The position numbers and the translations under genes are program-made. From assembly GCA_041500865.1 (NCBI GenBank), contig JBGQMY010000001.1, forward strand, positions 26,827 through 90,826: a stretch of 64,000 nucleotides of DNA, written 5' to 3'. The notes beneath the pieces were generated by a model. It saw nothing but the letters and a program-made list of their open reading frames with translations. It searched no databases and had not been told where the DNA came from. Below are positions 18,048 to 28,001 of this stretch, one piece after another. Numbering within the stretch: the first letter of the stretch is position 1; each line of letters begins with the position of its first letter. Origin of the DNA: Candidatus Micrarchaeia archaeon. GTDB taxonomy: Archaea; Micrarchaeota; Micrarchaeia; Anstonellales; J096.

Positions 18048-20297
18048 TTAGACGCTGGACTCCAGGACTGGTTTGGTGGAGTCGCTTGCAGGCCCTTTCC
18101 TCTTGTAGTACCTCATAAGCAGCGCGTTGGAAACGACTGATATGGAGCTGAATGCCATTGCGGCTGCGCCCATCATCGGGTTAAGCATGAACCCAATGGG
18201 GTAGAGAATGCCTGCGGCAACCGGAATGCCGATGCCGTTGTAAAAGAACGCCCAAAACAGGTTCTGCCTTATCTTGCCCAAGACGTATTTGCTGAGGTCG
18301 AATGCGGCAGCCACGTCCTTTATGCTGTTCCTGACGAGCACGATGTCGCCTGCCTCAAGCGCAACATCCGTGGCAGAGCCCATCGCTATTCCAATGTCTG
18401 CCTTTGCCAATGCAGGGGCGTCATTGACCCCGTCCCCGACCACTGCGACTATGCGGCCATTCTGCTGGAGCTTCGCTATCCTGGCCTCCTTGTCCTGCGG
18501 CATGATGCCGGATATCACGGTGCCTATGCCGAGCTTTGCAGCAACCGCTTTCGCAACCCTTTCATTGTCCCCTGTCATCATGGCGATGTCCTTGCCCATT
18601 GCCTTGAGCTCCGAGACTGCGGCCAGCGCATCGTCCCTTATCTCGTCCGCAACGCCTATGATGCCTGCCATCTTCCTGCCGTAAGCAATGAGTATTACGG
18701 TCTTGCCGTCCTTTTCCAGGGAAAGTATGGTTTTTCCGTTCTCCCCTGTTATATGGATTTTGCGCTCGTTGAGAAGCGCTATGCTGCCTGCCAGTATGTT
18801 CTTCCCCTTGTATGCGGCAACCGCGCCCTTTCCTGTTATTGATTCAAAGGAAGACGGCTTTTCCACCGCTATGCCGCTCATCTCTGCCCTTTCCATTATT
18901 GACCTTGCAAGCGGATGCCCGGATTTGCTTTCGGCGATTGCCGCAAGCTCAAGCAGGTCCTTGCTTGAAAGCTTGGCGTCAAACGGGATTATGTCGGTAA
19001 CCGATATCCTTCCGGTCGTGAGCGTGCCCGTCTTGTCGAAAACGACCGTCGTCGCCTTGTGCGCATTCTCCAGCGCCCTCGCGTTCTTGAACAGGATGCC
19101 GTTGTTGGCGCCTATGCCGCTGCCGACAAGTATCGCCGTCGGCGTGGCAAGCCCGAGCGCGCACGGGCATGCGATTATCAGGACCGCCACAAAAATGCCT
19201 ATTGAGAACGCAAAGCTTTGGCCAAGCATGTAATGCCAAGCTAAAAATGCAGCCAATGCAACCATGATGACGCCTATTGCGAAGTATCCGCTAACCTTGT
19301 CCGCAAGCCTCTGGATTGGCGCCTTGCTGGTCTGCGCATCCTCGACAAGGCGTATGATGTGGCTAAGAACCGTGTCCTTGCCGACCTTCGTGGCCCTGAA
19401 CTCAAGGTACCCTGTCCCGTTGATGGTTCCGCCTATGACTGCGCTTCCCTCAGCCTTCCTTACAGGCATGCTTTCGCCTGTGACCATGGACTCGTCCACA
19501 TGGGAAAGGCCTTCCGTCACCATGCCGTCCACTGCTATCCTCTGCCCCGGCTTTACCACGACTATGTCGCCAACCTTGATTTTTTCAGCCGGAATCTCCT
19601 CGTCCCTGCCGTTCCTTTTTACGATTGCGGTTTTTGGCTGCAGCTGTGCAAGCCTTGTTATCGCCTCTGACGCCTTTCCCTTGGCAACCGCCTCAAGCCA
19701 TTTCCCAAAGAGCACTATCGTTATTATCAACGACGACGTCTCAAAATAGATGTTTCCGGACAGCTCGGTCCCAGGAAGCAGCAGCACAGCGGCGCTGTAG
19801 AAATATGCTGCTGACGTGCCTATTGCAATCAGCGTGTCCATGTTCGCGCTCAGCGACTTCAGCGCATAGAACGTTCCTCTATAGAACGTGAAGCCTGCGA
19901 CGAACTGGACTGGCGTGGCAAGGGCGAAAAGGACGTATGGCGCATAGGGGATGCTTACGCCTATCCATGCCAGCGGCATTGCGATTATGAAAGCCGGCAG
20001 CGAAAAAAGCAATGACAGGAGAAACATGTCCCTTATCTCCCTTACCTCCTTGGCCTTCTGCTCCTTTTCCTTTTCCAGGATTTCCTCTTCAGCTGTGGCC
20101 CAGTAGCCGAGGCCTTCCACCTTCTTCATTATCTCCTCTTCGGTTATCTTTTTTTCGTCGAACTCGACATTGGCCTTCTCCTGCGTGAAATTGACCTTGA
20201 ATGACGTTATGCCTTCTTCCCTTTCAAGCGACGACTCAATGTTGCTCGCGCATGACGCGCAGTGCATCCCGGTTATAAGGAATTTTGCCTTTTTCAT
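18048..20297 (-). CDS. copA: Copper-translocating P1B-type ATPase
   Basis: HMA motif GMHCASC, then TGES, CPC, DKTGTLT, GDGVND, YN and MAFSS. Confidence 0.96.
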   Translation of the reverse strand: MKKAKFLITGMHCASCASNIESSLEREEGITSFKVNFTQEKANVEFDEKKITEEEIMKKVEGLGYWATAEEEILEKEKEQKAKEVREIRDMFLLSLLFSLPAFIIAMPLAWIGVSIPYAPYVLFALATPVQFVAGFTFYRGTFYALKSLSANMDTLIAIGTSAAYFYSAAVLLLPGTELSGNIYFETSSLIITIVLFGKWLEAVAKGKASEAITRLAQLQPKTAIVKRNGRDEEIPAEKIKVGDIVVVKPGQRIAVDGMVTEGLSHVDESMVTGESMPVRKAEGSAVIGGTINGTGYLEFRATKVGKDTVLSHIIRLVEDAQTSKAPIQRLADKVSGYFAIGVIMVALAAFLAWHYMLGQSFAFSIGIFVAVLIIACPCALGLATPTAILVGSGIGANNGILFKNARALENAHKATTVVFDKTGTLTTGRISVTDIIPFDAKLSSKDLLELAAIAESKSGHPLARSIMERAEMSGIAVEKPSSFESITGKGAVAAYKGKNILAGSIALLNERKIHITGENGKTILSLEKDGKTVILIAYGRKMAGIIGVADEIRDDALAAVSELKAMGKDIAMMTGDNERVAKAVAAKLGIGTVISGIMPQDKEARIAKLQQNGRIVAVVGDGVNDAPALAKADIGIAMGSATDVALEAGDIVLVRNSIKDVAAAFDLSKYVLGKIRQNLFWAFFYNGIGIPVAAGILYPIGFMLNPMMGAAAMAFSSISVVSNALLMRYYKRKGPASDSTKPVLESSV

Positions 20298-20682
20298 TGC
20301 TGTCCCCCGATGCCTGTTGCGTGGCAAGCCTTAAATATCCTATCTGGGTTTGCCATCATGCGCCCAGCTCGGATGCCTTGTAGCCGAGGCTTTCGATTAT
20401 CCTGATTATGTCCTTTGCCTGGATTTTCGTTTCGTCGAACTCCGCAACGGCCCTGCCGGTTACGGAATTTACTCCAATCGATACGATGCCCTTCTGCTTC
20501 CCAACGGCATTCTCGATGGCCGTCGCGCATGCCGCGCAGTCCATCCCCGATATCACAAACCTTGCCTTTTTCATTGGTATCCCCCAACGGCTGTTGCGCG
20601 GCAAGCCTTAATTATCCTATCTGGATTTGCCATCAGGCTTCCGCCTCGGATGCCTTGTAGCCGAGGCTTTCGATTATCCTGA
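20285..20682. repeat. Imperfect ~120-bp direct repeat (20285-20405 and 20562-20682) covering an HMA gene 3' end, intergenic promoter and next start codon
   Basis: Includes the identical 38-bp block CTCGGATGCCTTGTAGCCGAGGCTTTCGATTATCCTGA at 20368 and 20645. Confidence 0.9.
20356..20574 (-). CDS. copZ: Heavy-metal-associated (CopZ-like) chaperone
   Basis: Reads MKKARFVISGMDCAACA...IESLGY, 72 aa. Confidence 0.88.
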   Translation of the reverse strand: MKKARFVISGMDCAACATAIENAVGKQKGIVSIGVNSVTGRAVAEFDETKIQAKDIIRIIESLGYKASELGA

Positions 20683-20767
20683 ACAGCCGTTTGGCACTGT
20701 GCATCCTTCTCACATAAGCCATGTAGCATTTGCATGCCCTTGATGCATTTTGCATAGCATTTTTCAT
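20633..20767 (-). pseudogene. Short ORF or remnant sharing the CopZ C-terminus
   Basis: Manual translation gives MKNAMQNASRACKCYMAYVRRMHSAKRLFRIIESLGYKASEAEA. It lacks the GMxCxxC motif. Confidence 0.5.
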
Positions 20768-20771
20768 ATCA

Positions 20772-21476
20772 TCACCCCCCTATTTCCGTTGCCGGATACG
20801 TCTTGAAGATGCCCAAATTGAGTATGCCGTCTTTTGTCGTAACCGTTGAGTCGTATGACACTGCAAACTGGTTTGCTGGCGTGAATTTGACGTTTTTCAC
20901 GCCATTGAGCTTGTAAAGCTCGCTTTCAATGAGCGGCGCATGGCCAGAACACGGAATGTCAACCCTTATTGTAAGCGTGCTCGGGGTTGTTTGAACGGCT
21001 GGCTGAGGCTGGGCCGTTGCCGGGATTTGGCATTCCGATGTCGCATTCAGGGGGCATAGGGACGCTGCAGCCGATACGCTAGCTGATGGCGCCGGTATCG
21101 CATTCGCCAATATCGGGAATATCACGAAGAAGAACAGCAGGTTGACCCCAATCGTGGTTCCGTACAGTACAGACAGGTATCCCTTGGCTCTTGCTATTCC
21201 CTGCGCTGAAAGCAGGCCCCTCTTGTTCAGGTAGATGGTTGCAGAGAGCGTTGCAAATGCAAACGACAGCAATATCAGCCCATAAAAGAGGTTCCTGTTC
21301 ATGAGCAGCGGCTGGAACAGGGCGCTCATTGCCGTTGCGCCCACTATTGCAAATAGCACGAACGCAATGCACCCTGTATGCGGAATCAATCCGTAGATTA
21401 TGCCCTCAAGCAGGCCGTTTGGCTTCCTTTCTTCGCTATCCTTTCCGGTTTCGCAGCACTTGTTTTTTTGTTCCAT
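20772..21476 (-). CDS. Membrane protein with C-terminal HMA-like domain
   Basis: Three TM segments, PHTGC, and C-terminal IPCSGHAPLIESELYKLNGV; located in the copper cluster. Confidence 0.75.
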   Translation of the reverse strand: MEQKNKCCETGKDSEERKPNGLLEGIIYGLIPHTGCIAFVLFAIVGATAMSALFQPLLMNRNLFYGLILLSFAFATLSATIYLNKRGLLSAQGIARAKGYLSVLYGTTIGVNLLFFFVIFPILANAIPAPSASVSAAASLCPLNATSECQIPATAQPQPAVQTTPSTLTIRVDIPCSGHAPLIESELYKLNGVKNVKFTPANQFAVSYDSTVTTKDGILNLGIFKTYPATEIGG

Positions 21477-21514
21477 GCCATTTTCCGCGATGAAACGGGC
21501 TATTAAATATTGTA

Positions 21515-21528
21515 TGAAACTGGTTTCA
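21515..21528. promoter_or_regulatory. Palindromic operator candidate for the copper cluster
   Basis: TGAAAC-TG-GTTTCA lies next to an AT-rich box, with extra GAAAC half-sites near 21491 and 21533. Confidence 0.5.
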
Positions 21529-21567
21529 CAGGCGAAACGGCATATAAGCGTTTGTGCCTAACCGGTT

Positions 21568-22062
21568 TCATGCCTTGTGCTGGGGCGCCTTGAGGATTAC
21601 GACGTTTGTCATGCCCCTCCTCTTGCGCTCTATCAGCCTGAGCCCCTCAAGCCTGTCCAGCAGCCGCGTGACCTTGACCTTCTGCATGCCGGTCTTGTCA
21701 ACCAAATCGGATTGGAACATGGCGCCTTCTGCCTCAATCAGCGTCCCGATTATGGCGTTTTCGTCTGCTGAAAGTATTTTCGTCACGCTTGCAAACTGCT
21801 CCTTTGTGGGCTTCTGCATGGGCTGGCCAGGCATGCCTTCCTTGAAGAAGAAGGCAAGATAGGCTCCGACAAGGAATATGAATGCCGTTATGCCAAGCGC
21901 CACCTTTGTCTGCGCGTCTATTGTTCCCCACATGGGGCAGGTAGACCCGTGAGAGCAAGACTCGTTGACTATGGCTGTTAGCGCGCTGTTGAATATGTAC
22001 GTTATGAACCCTATCAGGACAGCAACCCCTATCATGAGATAGCCGACATGTTTTGTTTCCAT
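21568..22062 (-). CDS. Membrane-anchored winged-helix (MarR-like) regulator
   Basis: Two TM helices flank a CSHGSTCPM loop; the HTH reads QSDLVDKTGMQKVKVTRLLDRLE. Confidence 0.8.
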   Translation of the reverse strand: METKHVGYLMIGVAVLIGFITYIFNSALTAIVNESCSHGSTCPMWGTIDAQTKVALGITAFIFLVGAYLAFFFKEGMPGQPMQKPTKEQFASVTKILSADENAIIGTLIEAEGAMFQSDLVDKTGMQKVKVTRLLDRLEGLRLIERKRRGMTNVVILKAPQHKA

Positions 22063-22107
22063 GCTCTTCTTTGGAATCAGGGATTTAAAAGGATGTTCTT
22101 CTGTAAA

Positions 22108-22980
22108 TCAGGGCGGCAGCCCTGCGCCTTCGCCAAAGCCATACATGATGTTCATGTTCTGCACTGCCTGGCCTGCGGCGCCTTTCATCAGGTTGTCGAG
22201 CACGGAATGGATCAGAACTTCGCTGCCCTGCTGCCACACATGGATTTCGCAATTGTTGGTGCCTATCAGCGGGTGGGTCTCGACTGTGCTTTCCATCTTT
22301 GCCAAGCGAATTACATTGATGAAACGCTCGCGCATGTAGAACATCTCCAACGCGTTTGCGGCGTCAATCTCCTGTTTCAGCTGCGCATAAATTGTTGAGA
22401 TGATGCCGCGGTCTATGTTTTCTATCACTCTCGGGGCAAACAGGATGCCCGTTAACCCAAGCTCCTTTTCCATTTCCGGCACATGGTCGTGCCCCTTTCC
22501 TGTCTTGTATGCCTTGATGTTTCCTATTGGCTTGGGATACTCGCCTGCCCCGGATATGCCAGAATCTGCGACTACAACTGCGCGTTCCACAACGCTTATT
22601 ATTGGCAATAAGCCGGATATCACGCTTGTTGCATAGCAGCCTGGATTGGATACCAGCTTAGCCGTCTTGATTTTTTGCCTGTTCTTCTCAGGGAGGCCAT
22701 ACACGGCGTCCTTGTCAAGGCGGTATGCCCTGCTGAGGTCAATCACTCTTTTTCCTGCCTTGATTAGCTCAGGCGCCTTTTGCAAGGATATCTGTGAAGG
22801 CAGTGCAAGGAACATCAGCTCTGTTTCATATCTGCTTCCTGTGCTTTTCTTGCTGGATTCGGTGTAGGCCAATTCAACAAGCGGATGGCAGGACAGCAAT
22901 TCCTCAAGCACCTGTCCGCTCCTGCCGGTGTTGCCGGTTATGCCTACTTTGGGCTTTTTCCTGACTGTGTTTTGAGCCAT
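22108..22980 (-). CDS. argC: N-acetyl-gamma-glutamyl-phosphate reductase (ArgC/LysY family)
   Basis: Motifs IDLSRAYR, YGLPE, SNPGCYAT, SGISGAG and DNLMKGAAGQAVQNMN. Confidence 0.9.
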   Translation of the reverse strand: MAQNTVRKKPKVGITGNTGRSGQVLEELLSCHPLVELAYTESSKKSTGSRYETELMFLALPSQISLQKAPELIKAGKRVIDLSRAYRLDKDAVYGLPEKNRQKIKTAKLVSNPGCYATSVISGLLPIISVVERAVVVADSGISGAGEYPKPIGNIKAYKTGKGHDHVPEMEKELGLTGILFAPRVIENIDRGIISTIYAQLKQEIDAANALEMFYMRERFINVIRLAKMESTVETHPLIGTNNCEIHVWQQGSEVLIHSVLDNLMKGAAGQAVQNMNIMYGFGEGAGLPP

Positions 22981-23028
22981 GGGTTTTTGTTATAGTTTAA
23001 GTTTAAAAAAGTATTCTTATCTCCAGCA

Positions 23029-23823
23029 TTACCTAAGATATGACCCTATGGGAGACGAGACACAGCCCAGAAACTCTTCAACGAACGGCCTTATTGTGTT
23101 TTTATTGAGAACATTGCGCACCTCCTTTTTTTCAAGGAATGTGTTCAGGAAGTTTATCTTGGCTGAGCTGTATTCCCATCCTTGTTTGTGCGCTCTGCGG
23201 AATGCATCAAAAATAGATGTTCCAAGGCTTTCTTGGGAGCAGTCTGCGCCGTGGGATACGAGCATCGACACCATGGGCATCGACACATCAATTCTGCTGT
23301 TGCTTATTGCCCAAAGCAACGGACGGTCTCCAAGGTTGGGGTTTGCGCCGGCCTCAAGAAGGGCGCTGGCGTTGTCCAGGCAGCCATTTTGTACGGCTAA
23401 TGCAAGGGCCGTTTTTCCGGCACCGCACATTGCGTCCTTGTTTGCGCCGCATCCGATAAGGCACTTGACCACAAGCGTGTTTACTGACATGGAAGCGCTC
23501 ATCAGCGGCGTGATGCCATCTTCGATGCTCATATTTACATCCGCCCCGTGCCTAACCAGGAGCGCACATATGTCAGGAAGCGGCTTTTGAACAGCCCTTG
23601 CAAGCGGCGTTGCCCCATATTCATCCCTTGCGTTGGGGTCTGTGCCAGCCTCAAGGCACGCCCTTGCGCCTTCATAATCGTCATTCTTTATTGTTCTGAA
23701 CAGGCGGCTTGACTGTTCGGTTTTGAGGCTGTCAAGAATAAGCTCCCTTCCCCTGATTATGTCCTTCATTGGAACCGGGAGATTGGGGGTTTGCACTATG
23801 ACCCTAAACGACTTTTCTGCCAT
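23029..23823 (-). CDS. Ankyrin-repeat protein with FxxxFxxC tail
   Basis: GATPL, GITPLM and GKTAL repeats; tail FVEEFLGCVSSPIGSYLR. Start trimmed to MAEKSF. Confidence 0.9.
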   Translation of the reverse strand: MAEKSFRVIVQTPNLPVPMKDIIRGRELILDSLKTEQSSRLFRTIKNDDYEGARACLEAGTDPNARDEYGATPLARAVQKPLPDICALLVRHGADVNMSIEDGITPLMSASMSVNTLVVKCLIGCGANKDAMCGAGKTALALAVQNGCLDNASALLEAGANPNLGDRPLLWAISNSRIDVSMPMVSMLVSHGADCSQESLGTSIFDAFRRAHKQGWEYSSAKINFLNTFLEKKEVRNVLNKNTIRPFVEEFLGCVSSPIGSYLR

Positions 23824-23883
23824 TTTAACCGTTTGTTTTCGTGGTTGAAAGAGTTTATAATACCTTTCATGGAAAACCAATGC

Positions 23884-24819
23884 ATGAAAGAGAGGGAAAA
23901 GCCTGCCAAAATCCAGAAAAAGGTCCGCGGACGGGTAATCCGGCCAATGTACATGCTTGAATCCAAAAGGGGGCGGGAACTGTATATCCGGCTCCATGAC
24001 GCGCTTGTTGGGGTGCCGGGACATCCGGATTGGGAGAAGGCAAGGCAAGCCATCAACGCAGGGGCGGATGTTGAATGCGTCCTGAATGAGCTGTTCAAGA
24101 CTCCGCTTATATGCGCTGCCATTTACGGCAATGCGGAGACATGCGCCCTTTTACTGAACAAAGGGGCAGAGATTGATGCCGTTGACAGTGACGGAAGCAC
24201 TGCATTGACATCGGCTGCCATCATGGGAGGGCTTGAGGTTTGCAGGCTTCTGATAAGGAAGGGCGCGAACGTGAATGCAGAGAACGGACATAGCACTGCC
24301 CCGCTTGCGTATGCGGCATCAGGCGGCTGGACGGAGATTTGCAGATTGCTTGTCTCAAAGGGAGCGGATATCAACAATGCCAATATTCTGGGATATACCG
24401 CACTCATGTCTGCGGCAAAGCAGGGCAAGGCAGAGACGTGCAGGGCTTTGCTGGACATGGGCGCCGACATGGATATGGCAGACAATAGTAACAATACAGC
24501 GCCTGAGCATGCCGCAAGGGAAGGAAACCCGGAAACGTGCAAGGTATTTTTGGAAAGAGGATTAGATATCAATGCAAAACGCTATGAGTCGAGCCTGCTC
24601 ATGTGCGCCGCAGACAGCGGAAACATGAAAACCTGCGTGTTCCTGCTTGAGAACGGCGCAGATGTGTCCTCAACAGATGGTCCTGGCCACACGGCGGCGT
24701 ACATGGCACAGGCCAATAACCACAATGCAGTATCGGGATTCCTCAAGCTTATGGAATCGCTTGGCGATGATTCGATAATGCCGTTCCTTTCGGAGTTCAG
24801 GGCATGCGTAAGCCAGTAA
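23884..24819 (+). CDS. Ankyrin-repeat protein with FxxxFxxC tail
   Basis: About seven ankyrin repeats; ends FLSEFRACVSQ. The start is 23884 or 23869, downstream of TTTATAA. Confidence 0.92.
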   Translation: MKEREKPAKIQKKVRGRVIRPMYMLESKRGRELYIRLHDALVGVPGHPDWEKARQAINAGADVECVLNELFKTPLICAAIYGNAETCALLLNKGAEIDAVDSDGSTALTSAAIMGGLEVCRLLIRKGANVNAENGHSTAPLAYAASGGWTEICRLLVSKGADINNANILGYTALMSAAKQGKAETCRALLDMGADMDMADNSNNTAPEHAAREGNPETCKVFLERGLDINAKRYESSLLMCAADSGNMKTCVFLLENGADVSSTDGPGHTAAYMAQANNHNAVSGFLKLMESLGDDSIMPFLSEFRACVSQ

Positions 24820-24849
24820 TATTTAAACCTTTATCATCAAACCCAAACC

Positions 24850-25443
24850 ATGATTGCGGACAGGCTCAGGGACTGGCTTAATGTGAAGCTGTTTTTTCCC
24901 ATAGGCAAAATGCTTTATTTCCTTGATCCTAATCTTATGACTGCGCTGGCATATCCGCTTTGCGCGATTGCCGGATATTTCGTTTATGCAAAAGACTATC
25001 CGCTTGCGCTTGTTTTTGTCGTCCTTTCGTCCATTGTCGACAACCTTGACGGAGCGATAGCGAAGGCGAACAACAAAAAGACGTCGTTCGGCTCTTATTT
25101 TGACGCGATGACGGACAGGATACAGGAATTCTTCATACTTCTGGGTTTTGCGCTTTCCGGCTATGCGGTTGAGGCGTTCGTTGCGATTGCGGCAAGTTTC
25201 ATGGTGAGCTACGCGAAGGCCCGCGCGGAAATGATTAAGCCGCTCGGCAACATGGACTGGCCGTCAATCGGCGAAAGGGCGGAGAGGCTGATAATAGTGA
25301 TGCTGGCGATGTTGGCCGCGATATTCTACCCGGTCGTTTATGGATACAATACAATAAGCGCAGGGCTGTGGATACTGGCGATTGTCGCGTTCATAGGGAC
25401 GGTGCAGAGGTTCTTCTTCGCGAAGCAACTGCTTTCAAAATGA
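24850..25443 (+). CDS. CDP-alcohol phosphatidyltransferase
   Basis: Signature DNLDGAIAK...FGSYFDAMTDR, plus SYAKARAE and ERAERL. Confidence 0.92.
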   Translation: MIADRLRDWLNVKLFFPIGKMLYFLDPNLMTALAYPLCAIAGYFVYAKDYPLALVFVVLSSIVDNLDGAIAKANNKKTSFGSYFDAMTDRIQEFFILLGFALSGYAVEAFVAIAASFMVSYAKARAEMIKPLGNMDWPSIGERAERLIIVMLAMLAAIFYPVVYGYNTISAGLWILAIVAFIGTVQRFFFAKQLLSK

Positions 25444-26124
25444 GACGCATTCCAGGAAATTCATTCCGAACGCCTTTGCGGCGTATTCTGGGAGTATGTT
25501 GTGCAGCTTAACGAAACGTATCATATAATGTCTTGCGTCCTTTCCGATTGCCAGATCCCACGCGCTATAACTGTCAACATCCCTCTTTATGTTCGGGTCG
25601 GCGCCTGCAGCAAGCAGAACCATTGCCGCGTTAATCATAGTCATGCGATCTAAAGAACTTCCGGCAACGGCTTCGTGGAGCGGGGTGCTGCCGTATCTGT
25701 CAGTCGCATTAACATTTGCTCCTTTGGTTATCAAGATGCTGCATATATCTGCGCATCCAGACCCTGCGGCAAGGTGCAGTGCTGTACTGCCACGGCTAGT
25801 CTTTGCGGTAATGAACCGCTTTACGCCTCCATTTGATTTTGCGCATTGTTCTATAAGCAGTGCGCAGGTTTGGTAATATCTCTTATTTGCAGCAAGATGC
25901 AGGGCAGTCCAGCCTGTATCGTCCTTTGCTGTGATGTTTGCGCCTTTCCTTATGAGCTTCACTATTTCCTCGTTGTTGCCGTTCCACGCGGCGCTGCGAA
26001 GCGCTTTATTGAGCCGCCTCTGCTCTTTTGTGGATAATATGATCATTTCGCTCGGCAGTATGTCCATTGCCAGCCTTGGGCTTGAAGGCAGAATCTGTTT
26101 GATTTGGCTTTTTTCCTGCGCCAT
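25435..26124 (-). CDS. Ankyrin-repeat protein with FxxxFxxC tail
   Basis: GWTALHLAA, GSTALHLAA and GSTPLH repeats; ends FGMNFLECVSF. Confidence 0.92.
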   Translation of the reverse strand: MAQEKSQIKQILPSSPRLAMDILPSEMIILSTKEQRRLNKALRSAAWNGNNEEIVKLIRKGANITAKDDTGWTALHLAANKRYYQTCALLIEQCAKSNGGVKRFITAKTSRGSTALHLAAGSGCADICSILITKGANVNATDRYGSTPLHEAVAGSSLDRMTMINAAMVLLAAGADPNIKRDVDSYSAWDLAIGKDARHYMIRFVKLHNILPEYAAKAFGMNFLECVSF

Positions 26125-26691
26125 CTAGCCACCGCCCGATATGCATCCCTTGAATCCGGAAAGGAATTCCTTGAGGGATTTATTTCCAATCAGTTGCTGC
26201 AAAAACTCCATATTTTCAAGAAATAGGGCTGTGGCGGTGCTTTTCTGCTCTAGGGCAATCATGCGCGCAGTCCTTTTGAGATTGTCCCTTGCGCCGACAT
26301 TTGCGCCTTTTTCAATCAGCAGTTTGCAGATTTTCGTATGGCCCTTGTATGCGGCAACCATGAGCGCGGTCCAGTTGTAGCTGGTCTTTGCCTCGATATC
26401 CGCGCCATTTTCAATCAGGAGGGTGCAGATATCAAACTGCTCCTGTATTGCGGCCTTCATGAGCGCAGTAATCTCCTTAAGCGCATCCCTTGCGTTCGGG
26501 TTTGCGCCTTTGCCCAACAGAATCTTGACATCTTTTATCCGACCATACCTGACTTTCTGGAAAAGATCATCATTCAGCTGCTCTTGCGTCATTTCGCCAA
26601 ACATAATCCCATCTATTGCATACTTATGCTTGACAAGCCTTGGCTTCTCTTGTACGGGCATATCCTTCGGGAGATTCTTTAGCTGCGCCAT
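26125..26691 (-). CDS. Ankyrin-repeat protein with FxxxFxxC tail
   Basis: TALMKAA and TALMVAA repeats; ends FLSGFKGCISGGG. Confidence 0.92.
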   Translation of the reverse strand: MAQLKNLPKDMPVQEKPRLVKHKYAIDGIMFGEMTQEQLNDDLFQKVRYGRIKDVKILLGKGANPNARDALKEITALMKAAIQEQFDICTLLIENGADIEAKTSYNWTALMVAAYKGHTKICKLLIEKGANVGARDNLKRTARMIALEQKSTATALFLENMEFLQQLIGNKSLKEFLSGFKGCISGGG

Positions 26692-27240
26692 TCAGGCACC
26701 GCCCCATATGCAATCCAGGAAGCTCTTTCCGAACGGGATTGTGTTACTGCCAATCAGCTCTTTTGTGTCCTCAAAATGGACGAGCGCAAGCCTCATCTTT
26801 CCCCTTCCGTTGGCAAAGTCCCATGCGTTGTTCGCCTCGCGGCTGCAAGTTTCGTAGATGTCGGGGTCTGCCCCATGGAAAACCAGCAGCAACGAGGCAT
26901 CATAGTGGTTGTTGATTATGGCAGCCATAAGCGCATTGTAGCCATTGCTGTCCTGCTGGTTGGCGTTTGCCCCGTTTTTGAGAAGAATCCTGCATATGTC
27001 CGTACAGCCCTTGGAGGCGGCGATGGAAAGCATTGGCTGACGCTGAAACGGCTTGCCATTGGACTTTGTATTAGGGTTTGCGCCTTCCTTGATGCATCTG
27101 GAGACAAGGGAAACGTCCCCGGTCTTTACGGCATATTCAAGCGAATAATCCGCCAGGTCCTGCTTATCAGAATCAGTTGTTTTGAGCTTGGCAAGGTTTG
27201 GCTTCTTTTGCTGGTCTTTTTCCTGCTTTTGGAGCTGCAT
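26692..27240 (-). CDS. Ankyrin-repeat protein with FxxxFxxC tail
   Basis: GANPN and GYNALMAA repeats; ends FGKSFLDCIWGGA. Confidence 0.9.
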   Translation of the reverse strand: MQLQKQEKDQQKKPNLAKLKTTDSDKQDLADYSLEYAVKTGDVSLVSRCIKEGANPNTKSNGKPFQRQPMLSIAASKGCTDICRILLKNGANANQQDSNGYNALMAAIINNHYDASLLLVFHGADPDIYETCSREANNAWDFANGRGKMRLALVHFEDTKELIGSNTIPFGKSFLDCIWGGA

Positions 27241-27900
27241 TCAGGCACCACCCACGCATTCGCGGAAGGATTTCGTGAATGAAACCATTCCCTCTTGCCC
27301 TAGGGACCTGCGCATGCGGTTAAAGAAAATCAGCAAACCTGCGACTTCGGGATGTTCGGCCCATACTGCCCTGCGCCAAGGCGCCCAGCCTTTTTTGTCC
27401 TTTGCTGTCATGTCGGCGCCGTTTTCAATCAGCAATGCGCATACGTCAATGTGCCCGGCCCAGGCTGCGCAATGGAGCGGCGTGTTGCCATCTTCGTCCT
27501 TTGCATTGACATCCGCTCCTTTGCTTATCAAAATGGCGCAGGCGCGGGCGTTTCCGCCGTTTGCGGCATGGTGCAGGGCCGCACTGCCGTGATTGTCCTT
27601 TAGCTCCATGTCAGCGCCGTTTTCAATAAGCGCTGAACAGGCTTCCGGGGTGCCGTGCTTTATCGCATAATGCAGCGGCGTCTGGCCGTCCTTGTCCGTA
27701 GCATTGACATTTGCTCCGTCATGAATGCTTTGCTGGATTCGTTCAATATCTCCATCAAGTGCGCCATTGAACAGCGCATTGGTCCTAAGAAGCTGGCCGT
27801 AGTCCTGCGGCTTTGGGCTTTTTTCCAGCAATGTTTCATCAGGCAGCCTGGGCTTCTGGGGCTGGGAACCGCTTTTTCCTGCTTTCCGGCTTTCCTGCAT
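27241..27900 (-). CDS. Ankyrin-repeat protein with FxxxFxxC tail
   Basis: GQTPLHYA and GNTPLHCAA repeats; ends FTKSFRECVGGA. Confidence 0.93.
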   Translation of the reverse strand: MQESRKAGKSGSQPQKPRLPDETLLEKSPKPQDYGQLLRTNALFNGALDGDIERIQQSIHDGANVNATDKDGQTPLHYAIKHGTPEACSALIENGADMELKDNHGSAALHHAANGGNARACAILISKGADVNAKDEDGNTPLHCAAWAGHIDVCALLIENGADMTAKDKKGWAPWRRAVWAEHPEVAGLLIFFNRMRRSLGQEGMVSFTKSFRECVGGA

Positions 27901-28001
27901 GCTTCCGCTTATTGCAACAGACCTGTTAAAAACCTATCCGGCACAGCCAAGTCGGCTGTGCAAAAAGCTTAAAAAACCTTACAGATATATAGTAATTTTT
28001 A

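Noticed and set aside
24790..27260. Reading the ankyrin tail as a strict CaaX prenylation box
   Set aside because: Only 4 of the 12 tails in the window (CVSQ, CVSF, CLAA, CIAA) have Cys exactly fourth from the end; the others have 2, 4, 5, 10 or 15 residues after it. No prenyltransferase is visible here. Lipidation stays an open hypothesis only.
26125..27260. Ubiquitin/SAMP-like di-glycine ends (GGG, GGA) on ankyrins
   Set aside because: They occur only where another gene follows immediately, are explained by an embedded GGTG ribosome-binding site, and two of the three end in Ala.
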